Assembly (NCBI GenBank): GCA_020053475.1
Contig: JAGVNC010000028.1
Span: forward strand, 551-64,550
Direction: 5' to 3'
DNA length: 64,000 bases
Source: Candidatus Omnitrophota bacterium
GTDB lineage: Bacteria > Omnitrophota > Gorgyraeia > Zapsychrales > Zapsychraceae
Numbering within the stretch: the stretch's first letter is position 1; the number at the start of each line of letters is the position of its first letter. Below, one piece after another: positions 52,633 to 62,188 of the stretch. The notes below the pieces were generated by a model. The model saw only the letters and a program-made list of their open reading frames with translations. It did not search any database and was not told the origin of the DNA. The position numbers and the translations under genes were made by a program.

Positions 52633-53598
52633 GTGTTAAAAAATAAAAGGGATATGACAAATATCCTGTTTTGCTTATTTTTACTTTTAGGCATTACAGG
52701 CTGCGATCAGATAAGACAAATGAAAGATTATTTTGTAAAACCGCACGAAAAGGCGGCAGAGCCTGTCGCTGTTCCTCAGGCTGTTCAACCTTCCGCAGGT
52801 GTTGTTGAGAAAAAAACCGAAGCGAAAATGGGCCCGGATACGTTGGCTAAGGTGGGCCAGTGGACCATGACCATTGGAGAATTTGAAGATCGTTTAAGCG
52901 CACTCAAAGAGGTGGCACCGGATTTCGACATTGGTAACCCGCAAAACAAAAAAGATATTTTAGAAGAGCTGATCCGCCAAGAACTTCTTGTTCAGGATGC
53001 TGAAAAATCGGGATTGGCATCGCAGAAAGATATTCAAGGCGCCATTGAGGAATTCCGCCGAACGTTGATTATCCGTCAACTGGCCCAACAGCTGACGGAA
53101 GGCGTCGAGGTTACTGATGAAGAAGCCAAAGATTTTTATGAGCGCAATCAACAAAGTATCGTCGAGCCGACGGATTGGCATTTACGCGAAATCGCATTTA
53201 GCGATCAGTTAAAAGCCAACGAAGTTTTAACGGAAATTTTAAAAGGAACGACCGATTTTGCGGAAATGGCCAAAACATATTCCACGAGCCCCTCGGCCCC
53301 TAACGGAGGCGATTTGGGATGGGTTCGTAATGTGGAAGAACTTCCTTTCCCCGAATTGGCCCAGCCATTGTTAACGTTGAAAGCCGGAGAAGTCAGCGGC
53401 GTGCTGAAGCATGAAGATAAATATTACATCGTTAAAGTGGAAGAAATTAAGGGTGGAGAAGCGATTCCTTTTGAAAAAGTGAAAGACCAGATTACGTCAA
53501 ATCAATTACTGCGCAAGCAGCAAGAAATCCTCATCAATTATATTAATAAGTTGCGCGAAGGTGTCTCTGTCGAAGTTAATGAAAGTTTGTTAAAATAA
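52633..53598 (+). CDS. PrsA/SurA-like parvulin PPIase lipoprotein
   Basis: Lipobox ITGC; FAEMAKTYS...GGDLGW. Confidence 0.88.
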   Translation: MLKNKRDMTNILFCLFLLLGITGCDQIRQMKDYFVKPHEKAAEPVAVPQAVQPSAGVVEKKTEAKMGPDTLAKVGQWTMTIGEFEDRLSALKEVAPDFDIGNPQNKKDILEELIRQELLVQDAEKSGLASQKDIQGAIEEFRRTLIIRQLAQQLTEGVEVTDEEAKDFYERNQQSIVEPTDWHLREIAFSDQLKANEVLTEILKGTTDFAEMAKTYSTSPSAPNGGDLGWVRNVEELPFPELAQPLLTLKAGEVSGVLKHEDKYYIVKVEEIKGGEAIPFEKVKDQITSNQLLRKQQEILINYINKLREGVSVEVNESLLK

Positions 53599-53677
53599 TT
53601 TTTTATTTACCACGGCGCGTTTGTTAACGGATTTAATATAATGACGATCCTTAAATTTTAGGATCCGGAGGGAGTCT

Positions 53678-54505
53678 ATGAATTTAGAGAATAAAAAACA
53701 AATCGCGACATTGTTGTTAGCGGTGGCACTTGGATTAGCCGCGGCTGTATTTACCAGCGATTATGTGACAAAGAGCATTAATAAACAAACGACCGCGTTG
53801 GCCAAAAATTATGACAAAAAGACGGAAGAGATCAAGAAAGAACTGGCCCTGACACAGAAGGCGTTGGATCAGTTGGCCAAAAATCAAAAAGTCTTGGCCG
53901 ACAGGCCTGCCCAGGTTGCCGCGGGAGGGCCGGAAAGGCAAATGACACCAGCGGGTGTCCTCTCCGCGCGAACACCTCCGGGGAAAAGAGCATTGACCAT
54001 TAATGTCGACACCCTTTCCGCCGTTGGAGGATTATTAAATCCCGGAGACCGCGTCGATATTATCGCTGATTTACAAATTCCCGATTCCCGTGATCCCAAA
54101 GCGGAACCGGATAAAGTCACATCCGTCTTGTTTCAAGATGTCCTTGTCCTTGCCGTAGGAACGAATTTTCAGCCGGTGACAACGGCCGAAGGGTATGATG
54201 CGCGTGCAAAAGCACGTTCGTTACAGATCACCCTGGCCCTAGACCCGGAAGAGGCTTCTTTAATCACGTTTTCCCAGAAATATGGCAAAATGCAACTAAC
54301 GTTGCGCCCACCGTCGGATGAGGGCGTGCAAAATATGGAAGTGGCTTCCTGGGATTCATTGGCCGATTTTGTCTTGGAAAGGCAAGGAACGGAGCTGATT
54401 GTCCCTAGGTCAAAGGCAAGAATTCAAACAGATGATACAGGGAAAAAAGAAACCAAAGACACAGAAGCCTTTATTCAAATTTTTAAGGGAGGCAAAGAGC
54501 AATAA
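53678..54505 (+). CDS. cpaB: Tad pilus assembly protein CpaB/RcpC
   Basis: PGKRALTI, GGLLNPGDRVDII, QDVLVLAVG, LTLR; coiled coil in the N-terminal half. Confidence 0.9.
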   Translation: MNLENKKQIATLLLAVALGLAAAVFTSDYVTKSINKQTTALAKNYDKKTEEIKKELALTQKALDQLAKNQKVLADRPAQVAAGGPERQMTPAGVLSARTPPGKRALTINVDTLSAVGGLLNPGDRVDIIADLQIPDSRDPKAEPDKVTSVLFQDVLVLAVGTNFQPVTTAEGYDARAKARSLQITLALDPEEASLITFSQKYGKMQLTLRPPSDEGVQNMEVASWDSLADFVLERQGTELIVPRSKARIQTDDTGKKETKDTEAFIQIFKGGKEQ

Positions 54506-54508
54506 TCG

Positions 54509-56332
54509 ATGGAAACTAAACGAGCGTTTAAAACATTGGCTTTACTGAAGATGAGCGTTGTGATGGGCGCATTTTTCCTTTTGGGTTTATCCGCACCGGC
54601 CCAGGCTCGCGTTGATGCCACAACGAACGAAGTCAACCTTCTTATCGGGGAATTAGAAACCATCGACGTTAAATCATTAACGCGCCTTTCGATTACGGAC
54701 CCCAAAGTGGTTGACATTGTTGAGGCCAAAGAAAGCGAGATTCTGATTATTGCCAAAGCCATCGGGCAAAGCGCTTTATTTGTTTGGGATGAAAACGGGA
54801 AACGCACTGTTCTCGTTAACGTGGCGGCCCAAAACTTAGGATTAATCTCGCAGCGGCTTGAAAAACTTTTTTCCTCGGTCCATATCGACAATGTTACCGT
54901 TGAAGTTAATGGGAAAGAGGGAAAAGTTGTCTTGACCGGTCAAATTTTCGAAGATAAAAAAGATCAGTTTGATCAGGTCATTGCCCCCTTCAATCGAGAC
55001 ATCATTAATCTCGTCAAGGTAGAAAAATCCGAAGATTTAATTGAGGTGGATATCCAGATTACGGAATTAACGACAACCTTGACGAAAGCCATCGGCATCG
55101 ACTGGGCATCTTCCAGCACGGGGCCCTCGATCTCTGGGTTGGGCGCCGGCGGCCTTTTGGCGCCAACATTTTCTGAAAATGTGCCCAGCGTTGATGGATC
55201 AGTGGAAGATCTTTTTAAGATTGGGAATTTTCAACGCACGTATCAGTTGATTGCCATGATTAACGCCTTATTAGAAGAAGGGAAGGCGCGGATCCTCTCT
55301 AAACCGAAGCTTGTTGTCGTCAGCGGAGAAGAAGCCAGTTTTAATGTCGGAGGAGAAATTCCGATCCGTACGACAACCACATCACAAGGTTCTACCCAAG
55401 AAAATGTGACATTTAAGAAATTTGGGATAGGGATGACGATTACGCCTACAATTAAAAAAGGGAAAATTGATTTATTGATGGAAGTTGAAGTTAGCGATAT
55501 TGATTCTGCCAACAAGGTCGGGGACAATGTGGCCTTTACGACACGCAATGCCCAAACAAGATTATATTTAGACAACGGCCAGCCCATCGTCATTGCAGGA
55601 TTGATAAAGAAGCGCGAGTCGGAATTGGTCAAAAAAGTTCCATTTTTAGGAGAAATTCCTATCATTGGGATTTTGTTTAGAAGCAAGTCGACTCCGTCAG
55701 CCAATGAAGACCAGGAACTAGTTATTTCTCTGACGCCGTTAATCCTCAATTCAGAATATAATTCTGCGATGATATCGAAAATTACTCCCCCATTGGAAGT
55801 AGCCGATGAGCCTCAAAAAGAACCAATGGACGATGATGATGTGGTTGCGGATGATGCTGATGATGCTGATGATGTGGATGCCGATGCGGATTTGGATGTG
55901 GATGAAACTGAAGAACCGTTGAGTTGGGATGACGAAACAATGCAAATGGATCCTAGTCCTGCGGTGGCGGCAAATGAAAGTCAATCTTCTACACAAATTA
56001 CTCCTGAAGAAAAATCTTCAGAGAATGATGGCTTTCCTGCGGGGATGAAAGATTATATTCAGGCGATTCAACAGCAGATTTCTAGCACGATCCAATATCC
56101 TCCCGAAGCGGAAGAATATGGTTGGGAGGGAACTGTCAGGCTAGGATTGCTCATCTTACACGACGGGACATTAGCGCTTGCTTCCATCAAGGAGTCCTCA
56201 GGGCATAAAATTTTTGACGAATACGCTCTTAATACGGCCAAAGAATTGGCCCCTTATTTAAGTTTCCCTCCTGAAACAGACCTGCAGGAATTAAATGTTA
56301 CGATTCCCATTGTGTATACCGTGGCCCGATAA
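54509..56332 (+). CDS. cpaC: Tad secretin CpaC/RcpA fused to a C-terminal TonB_C-like domain
   Basis: ARILSKPKL, ASFNVGGEIP, KVPFLGEIPIIGILF; acidic linker; YPPEAEEYGWEGTV...SSGHKIFD. Confidence 0.9.
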   Translation: METKRAFKTLALLKMSVVMGAFFLLGLSAPAQARVDATTNEVNLLIGELETIDVKSLTRLSITDPKVVDIVEAKESEILIIAKAIGQSALFVWDENGKRTVLVNVAAQNLGLISQRLEKLFSSVHIDNVTVEVNGKEGKVVLTGQIFEDKKDQFDQVIAPFNRDIINLVKVEKSEDLIEVDIQITELTTTLTKAIGIDWASSSTGPSISGLGAGGLLAPTFSENVPSVDGSVEDLFKIGNFQRTYQLIAMINALLEEGKARILSKPKLVVVSGEEASFNVGGEIPIRTTTTSQGSTQENVTFKKFGIGMTITPTIKKGKIDLLMEVEVSDIDSANKVGDNVAFTTRNAQTRLYLDNGQPIVIAGLIKKRESELVKKVPFLGEIPIIGILFRSKSTPSANEDQELVISLTPLILNSEYNSAMISKITPPLEVADEPQKEPMDDDDVVADDADDADDVDADADLDVDETEEPLSWDDETMQMDPSPAVAANESQSSTQITPEEKSSENDGFPAGMKDYIQAIQQQISSTIQYPPEAEEYGWEGTVRLGLLILHDGTLALASIKESSGHKIFDEYALNTAKELAPYLSFPPETDLQELNVTIPIVYTVAR

Positions 56333-56444
56333 TTCGGATAAATGGGAATTTTCCAATTAGGCAAAAATAAGAAATTATGTTATGATGAAAAACACAGTTT
56401 TTTATCTTTTAAGCCGAACCATTGAATAAGACATCAATCATCTG

Positions 56445-58607
56445 ATGCAGGCAAAAACGATAACAATTTTTAGCAATAAAGGCGGTGTCGGCAAAACATT
56501 TGTCACCGTCAATACCGGCACAGCCATGGCCGTGGCTAACCACAAAGTCTTGATTTTAGATTTTGACTTTCAGGCAGGTCAAGATATGGCGCGGATGTTG
56601 AACATCGCCCCCAAACATGCCTTGGTCGATATTTTCCCCGTCTTGGAATCTTCCGATGATCCGCAGTTGATCTACAAATACGTTTCCGTTCATTCCAGCG
56701 GCGTGCATTTTTTGCCAGCCGTAAAAAATACCCGGCAGATCGGGCATATCACGCCCGACAACATCAAGCCTTTCTTAAAGAAAATAGCCTCCGCTTATGA
56801 TTTTATTCTTATTGACGCGGGAAAATCTTTTAGTGAAACGTTGATAACGGTTTTGGATTATTCCAACCTGATCCTGTTGGTCGCGACGCCGGATATTTTG
56901 GCGGTTTATAACATTAAGTGGTGTTTAGACGTTTTGCAGAGCCTGCAGTTTCCTAACAAAATGGTTAAGCTCGTATTAAACCGTTCCGAAAGCCGCGGGA
57001 GCGTGGCTTGGCAAGAGGTCCGGTCAGCGTTGCCTTGTGAAATTCTGACTCATATCCCTTCCGACGGAAAAACAGTCGGGATGGCTTTAAACCGGGGAAT
57101 TCCTTGCGTGGTCGATGCGCCTAAAAGCCGTGTGGCTGAATCGTTCTTTCGCCTGGCTTCACTTTTCGAAAAAGATGATATGTTTGTTGCGGCGACGGAG
57201 GTTGAGAAACAAAGGACAACGGATGAATTTGCCAAACCCGGGGCTTTTTGGGAAAAATTCGGCATCACCCAAGCCATGGGAATGTCGTTGCCGGGGATTT
57301 CTTTTGCCACGGAAGAAGATGAGGTCATCGTGTTAAAAAGGAAAATTCACGAGAAGCTCGTCAAGCGGCTCAATTTAGACGGGATTACGCCCGAAGCGTT
57401 AAACGATCCGATTGCCGCCCAAGGGATCAAGAGAAATGCCGAAGAGGTCGTGGCCAATATGTTGACGGAAGAGGCGGGCGGGATGCTGGCCGCGCACGAG
57501 GAACGCGTTCGGCTGGTCAAGGATATTGTCAATGAAGCGTTAGGCCTCGGCCCGCTGGAAGATTTTTTGGCGGATCCGGACGTGACCGATATTATGGTCA
57601 ACAGCCGTGATCAGATTTATGTGGAAAAAAGCGGCAAACTTATTTTGACGAATAAAAAATTTATTTCTGATGAAAAAATGCGGTCCGTCATTGAGCGTAT
57701 CATTGCGCCCTTGGGCCGTCGCATCGATGAATCGACACCCATGGTGGATGCGCGCCTTCCTGACGGATCCCGGATCAATGCCATTATCCCCCCTTTGTCC
57801 TTAAATGGCCCGATGATTACCATTCGTAAATTCGGCCAGGAACGTTTGACCGCTGAAGATCTTCAGCACCGATTTCATTCGCTCAATCAAGCCATGCGCG
57901 ATTTTTTGCAAGCTTGTGTTTTAGGCAGAAAGAACATCATTGTTTCCGGTGGAACCGGCGCCGGGAAAACGACATTATTGAATGTCATTTCGGAATTTAT
58001 TCCAGACAACGAACGGTTGATTACCATTGAGGACGCCGCCGAATTGAAGCTGAAAAAAAGCCATTGGGCGAGATTAGAGTCGCGCCCGTCGAACATCGAG
58101 GGCCGCGGACAGGTCACGATCCGCGATTTGTTTATTAACAGTTTGCGGATGCGCCCGGACAGGATTGTCATCGGCGAATGCCGCGGGGCGGAGGTGTTGG
58201 ACATGCTTCAGGCCATGAACACGGGCCACGACGGATCATTAACAACGCTGCACGCCAACTCCACCAAGGACGTTTTAGTCCGGATGCATTCGATGATCCT
58301 GTTAAGCGGGATTGAATTGCCTGTGCGCGCCATCAATGAAATGGTGGCCTCGGCCATTGATATCATTGTCCATGTCGCTCGGTTTTCTGACGGAACCCGG
58401 AAAATAACGGGAATTTCTGAAGTGACGGGGCTCAGTAAAGATTTTCAGTGCGAGCTTGAGGACGTTTTTGTTTTCAAGCAAACAGGCCTCGACAGCGATG
58501 GCAAAATTTTGGGGAGTTATCAGCCGACAGGATATATTCCCATTTGCTATGAAGATTTCGCGACGCGCGGATTACCGATCGATCGAAGTATTTTCTTGAA
58601 GGCTTAA
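56445..58607 (+). CDS. cpaF: CpaE/TadZ (MinD-like) fused to the CpaF/TadA motor ATPase
   Basis: N-terminal KGGVGKT; C-terminal DARLPDGSR, GGTGAGKTT, LRMRPDRIVIGECRG, MNTGHDG. Confidence 0.93.
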   Translation: MQAKTITIFSNKGGVGKTFVTVNTGTAMAVANHKVLILDFDFQAGQDMARMLNIAPKHALVDIFPVLESSDDPQLIYKYVSVHSSGVHFLPAVKNTRQIGHITPDNIKPFLKKIASAYDFILIDAGKSFSETLITVLDYSNLILLVATPDILAVYNIKWCLDVLQSLQFPNKMVKLVLNRSESRGSVAWQEVRSALPCEILTHIPSDGKTVGMALNRGIPCVVDAPKSRVAESFFRLASLFEKDDMFVAATEVEKQRTTDEFAKPGAFWEKFGITQAMGMSLPGISFATEEDEVIVLKRKIHEKLVKRLNLDGITPEALNDPIAAQGIKRNAEEVVANMLTEEAGGMLAAHEERVRLVKDIVNEALGLGPLEDFLADPDVTDIMVNSRDQIYVEKSGKLILTNKKFISDEKMRSVIERIIAPLGRRIDESTPMVDARLPDGSRINAIIPPLSLNGPMITIRKFGQERLTAEDLQHRFHSLNQAMRDFLQACVLGRKNIIVSGGTGAGKTTLLNVISEFIPDNERLITIEDAAELKLKKSHWARLESRPSNIEGRGQVTIRDLFINSLRMRPDRIVIGECRGAEVLDMLQAMNTGHDGSLTTLHANSTKDVLVRMHSMILLSGIELPVRAINEMVASAIDIIVHVARFSDGTRKITGISEVTGLSKDFQCELEDVFVFKQTGLDSDGKILGSYQPTGYIPICYEDFATRGLPIDRSIFLKA

Positions 58608-58615
58608 CCCCATCA

Positions 58616-58960
58616 ATGCCGCAGATTTTTAATAAAACAAAGAATACACTCGTTGCTTCCCAGGCCAAAATGGCCCAAAATTTCCTTGCCCGCATGGTCG
58701 GCCTTCTCAACCGGTCTTCGTTGTCCCCCCAAGAAGCCCTGATTATTCCCCATTGCCAATCGATTCATATGTTCTTTATGCGTTTTCCCATTGATGTTAT
58801 TTTCGTGGATAGCGAAAATAAAGTTGTGCATCTTCTAAAGAATATCCGGCCTTTTCAGCTCAGTCCCATCATTTTTTCTTCCTTCTATGCCATCGAAATG
58901 GCTGTGGGCGGCATTGAAACGTCGCGCACAGCGGTTGGCGATTTCCTCTTGCTAGAATAA
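58616..58960 (+). CDS. DUF192 family protein
   Basis: RMVGLL, SIHMFFMRFPIDVIFVD. Confidence 0.9.
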   Translation: MPQIFNKTKNTLVASQAKMAQNFLARMVGLLNRSSLSPQEALIIPHCQSIHMFFMRFPIDVIFVDSENKVVHLLKNIRPFQLSPIIFSSFYAIEMAVGGIETSRTAVGDFLLLE

Positions 58961-59041
58961 TCCTTCGGTAAAGTGATCGATGGACATTAAAATTGTGCTA
59001 TACTGTATACGAAATGTCCAATCTGAAATAGTTAGGCTCCC

Positions 59042-60898
59042 ATGGGTGTTGTTTATAAACTAAAAGACGAAGTTCTTCAATTCATTATCCAGCAAAAAAA
59101 GGACATCCCTTCCTTGGGCGTGCGCCAATTGGCCGGCCTTGTCAGCACCAAATTCCACCTTCAAGTTTCGAAATCTTCCGTTAGCAATGTTTTAAAAGGC
59201 GCTCATTTAAGCAGCGGGGTGGGAAGAAGGGCCACGCAAGACCGGAAACAAAAAAAATTTAAAATCCCGACGCAGAAGAAGAAAGAGATTTCGGAGCACA
59301 TGCAAAAAATGGCCCTGGGCCGGGAGCCGGTGCTTTCCAAGGCCACGATCAGCGAAAAACCCGTTGAACACATGGCGCCCTCAGCTGAACCTGTCGAAGA
59401 GGTTCTGGCGAATGAGGATGAAAGCGAGATTTTGGAGAAAGAAATTCTTGTTGTCCCGCCAGTCCCGTCGGAGAAATCCCCAGGAATTGAAGCGGCCGAT
59501 CCCTTGAGGGAAGTTTCTTCTCTCCCGCCAACGCAATCTTCCAAAGATGTTTTTTATCAGCATGTTCGGGAGATTCAAGCGCGGCGCGTCGCGCAACAGG
59601 GGAAGCTTTATCAAGGGCTGGGATGTATTTTTCTAAAAGCCGCAGAATGGGAAGGGAATCAACACCCTTGGGATCAATTATTCGCTCAAGAATCAGGAGC
59701 GCTTTCGGATAATTTTTCGGGTACATTTTCCGCCCTCGCGATCGAAGCGTTTTTAACCAAAGAAGGGGCGAGCCGTAAGGACATGTTCAAAGAAGGAATT
59801 TTTGTCCTTAATGATTTAGACCCTGCAGCGCCACAGGCACAACATCGTTTTGATCAAATCGCCGGACTTGTCATCCCTGAGCCTGTTGTTTGGGAATACA
59901 CTGACCATCTTCAACAATTTTTTGCTCAAGCAGACCTGTTTCGTTGGGAATTAGAAGATGCAACGGAATTTTATACCGATCCAGGAGCGACTTTTTTAGA
60001 TGAGCAGGTTTCTTCGGGCGGGCTCGCCTTTCCTTTAAACAAGGCCTTGACGATTTTGTCCCGAGAGATCATTAGCAATAATCATCCGCTGATTTTATGC
60101 CAAGCCCCCGGCCAGCAGGCCATTGACGCGTGTTTCGATGATTTTTTAGGCGCGTTCGAAGGCCACTCGAATAAATCCATTGTTGCGCTCACCGTGCTCA
60201 ATGAGCACCAAGAAGAAGTCGCGATGTTTAACATCATTCCTCGTCGACGCCGAAATTTTATTTGCGGGCTGTGGCCGCACCTGAAGGAATTTAAAGAATT
60301 AACAAAGACCGTCAAGTGGGCCGCGAAACAACCCTTTTATGTTGAGCATGCGGATCGAATTGTCTATTCTGCCGCCACCCAAACAGATTATTTTGCGTCA
60401 CATTTATCGGAGAACCCCCGGCCCATGCGCTTGTTAACGCTTTGGAACGATGAACAAGCAGAGCCCTGCATGAGCATTCTGTGTAATGACATGGACATCG
60501 AGCCGCAAAAAATCCTGGATTTATATACAACGCGATGGCCTTATCTGGAAAGGCCTGCCTTGTTTAAAGAGGCTGGGGAGCCGCTACCTTTGATCCAAAA
60601 TGCGGATCAACATCATTCATTAGAATCGTTGGCGGGAAAATTTGGGGACATCCTCCACCAATACTGTTTAAGAAAGTTCTTTCCTTCATATCGGCGCTTA
60701 CCTTCGGCATCCTTAATTGAAAATATTTATGAAATGCCGGGATATGTGATCAAAACCCCTCAATCTTATCAAATTTTGTTAAAAACAAAGGGGAATGCGG
60801 AAAATCGCTTAGAAGAGCTTAAGGATGCTGTTCAGCGGCTAAATGAACACGGCATTGAGACAGGGGACGGGAAGAAGGTTTCAATCCTTATAATATAA
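59042..60898 (+). CDS. Hypothetical protein with N-terminal HTH and degenerate transposase-like C-terminus
   Basis: LGVRQLAGLVSTKFHLQVSKSSVSNVLK HTH; ILCND...ILDLYTTRWP resembles the DDE Y-x2-R-W motif. The domain call is tentative. Confidence 0.7.
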   Translation: MGVVYKLKDEVLQFIIQQKKDIPSLGVRQLAGLVSTKFHLQVSKSSVSNVLKGAHLSSGVGRRATQDRKQKKFKIPTQKKKEISEHMQKMALGREPVLSKATISEKPVEHMAPSAEPVEEVLANEDESEILEKEILVVPPVPSEKSPGIEAADPLREVSSLPPTQSSKDVFYQHVREIQARRVAQQGKLYQGLGCIFLKAAEWEGNQHPWDQLFAQESGALSDNFSGTFSALAIEAFLTKEGASRKDMFKEGIFVLNDLDPAAPQAQHRFDQIAGLVIPEPVVWEYTDHLQQFFAQADLFRWELEDATEFYTDPGATFLDEQVSSGGLAFPLNKALTILSREIISNNHPLILCQAPGQQAIDACFDDFLGAFEGHSNKSIVALTVLNEHQEEVAMFNIIPRRRRNFICGLWPHLKEFKELTKTVKWAAKQPFYVEHADRIVYSAATQTDYFASHLSENPRPMRLLTLWNDEQAEPCMSILCNDMDIEPQKILDLYTTRWPYLERPALFKEAGEPLPLIQNADQHHSLESLAGKFGDILHQYCLRKFFPSYRRLPSASLIENIYEMPGYVIKTPQSYQILLKTKGNAENRLEELKDAVQRLNEHGIETGDGKKVSILII

Positions 60899-60923
60899 AT
60901 AGATAGTATTTATTAAACCATGC

Positions 60924-61074
60924 TTGACACTAAATAAAAAAATATGTTATACTCCTTCTATATCATAAGCCACGGGAAAGTTAGTAAAGAAAGAGGCAAT
61001 CTAGGACATTTGTAAATGTCTGAAACATCAATGGATATGATAAGCCTCCACGATTCCTGTGGGGGTTTTTGTTT
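60924..61074 (+). promoter_or_regulatory. Promoter plus terminator/antiterminator leader of the pilin array
   Basis: TTGACA-N18-TATACT; terminator GCCTCCAC/GTGGGGGT-TTTTGTTT; upstream CCACGGGAA and GAGGC complement the terminator arms. Confidence 0.65.
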
Positions 61075-61256
61075 GTAGGCCGTTCAACAATTTTTAAAAT
61101 GCTTATTACACCGCAAGGTGTCTTAATCCTTGATGGAACTACTTAAGTCAGGGAGGCAAAGCCCTAACAAGGTTTTACTATAGAGGCCCTTAAGGCTTCA
61201 TCCTCATTGTTTGAGGAGGGGTAACAATCATCTGTTCAACACATAAGGACAAGGCG

Positions 61257-61427
61257 ATGAAAGGCTTTTTAAGAATAATGGACCATTTAGACCGCAAAGG
61301 TCAAAACTTGATCGAATATGCCTTCGTCGCCTCTATCGTGATCGCTGCTGTTTTTGTCATGAGTACTTATGTGTTTCGTTCTGTCCAATCCACGCAACAG
61401 ATGATTCAAAAAGAAGCAATCAAGTAA
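61257..61427 (+). CDS. Flp-type pilin 1 (56 aa, missed by the ORF track)
   Basis: MKGFLRIMDHLDRKG/QNLIEYAFVASIVIAAVFVM... Confidence 0.85.
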   Translation: MKGFLRIMDHLDRKGQNLIEYAFVASIVIAAVFVMSTYVFRSVQSTQQMIQKEAIK

Positions 61428-61511
61428 ACCCTTTAAAGAAATTCTTTAAACGGGGGACTCTTTGTCGTTAGAGCATCAACAAAAGAGAGAATATCTTCAA
61501 GGAGGAATCTA

Positions 61512-61742
61512 ATGTTAAGACGTAACATAAAAACGCCCGCGCTAAAGAAAAAGAAGGGGCAATCGACGCTGGAATATATCATCCTTGTAGCTGGCGTCAT
61601 TGCTGTGTTGATTGTTTTCTTGGCGCCCGGCGGTATTTTCCAGACATCGTTTAATTCGATCCTGTCATCTGGGACGCAAGGCGGAGTGCAGCTGGCGAAC
61701 GCGTTAAAGCTTTCGCACGGGGGCAACGCCGATGCATTTTAA
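61512..61742 (+). CDS. Flp-type pilin 2
   Basis: KKKG/QSTLEY plus hydrophobic helix; strong RBS. Confidence 0.9.
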   Translation: MLRRNIKTPALKKKKGQSTLEYIILVAGVIAVLIVFLAPGGIFQTSFNSILSSGTQGGVQLANALKLSHGGNADAF

Positions 61743-61762
61743 CATTGTGGAGGGAAAAACAA

Positions 61763-62122
61763 ATGTTTAGAAAATTGTTAAAAAATAAAAAAGCGCAAAA
61801 TACCCTCGAGTATGCGATCCTGATCTCTTTGGTCGTCGCGGGGATTGTTGCCATGCAAACGTATGCCCAACGAGCCTTGCAAGCGAGAGTTCGTGACGCG
61901 AGCTCGTATTTGGCGAATCAAACCGGAGCCTTAGGGAATACGCTTCAGTATGAACCTTATTATCTAAGTACCAACTACGCAATCGAGCGGGACGAATCAG
62001 AAACCCAAATACTGGATAACGTCACAACCTTACAACAGGTGAATTCTACTCGTAAACGAGCTGCGGGTGGGTTCCAGAGTTCTGATTACAGTACGGCATT
62101 CGGTATTGTCAATGGCATCTAA
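61763..62122 (+). CDS. Flp/TadE-like pilin 3
   Basis: KKA/QNTLEY; YAQRALQAR; QYEPYY. Confidence 0.9.
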   Translation: MFRKLLKNKKAQNTLEYAILISLVVAGIVAMQTYAQRALQARVRDASSYLANQTGALGNTLQYEPYYLSTNYAIERDESETQILDNVTTLQQVNSTRKRAAGGFQSSDYSTAFGIVNGI

Positions 62123-62188
62123 GGAAAAGCAAGCCAAGCAGCTTGTTTTCCTAACATTGAGCCATTTTAAATTGAGGAGGATCATTCA

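Noticed and set aside
55820-55935. GAT-rich tract in the secretin gene as a contingency repeat
   Set aside because: Imperfect, in-frame codon-level low complexity encoding the acidic linker.
61128-61180. GGGAGGCAAAGCC resembling the c-di-GMP-I core GGGACGCAAAGCC
   Set aside because: No upstream GGCAAA/GNRA P2 stem or tetraloop receptor is visible, so it is not called as a known riboswitch.
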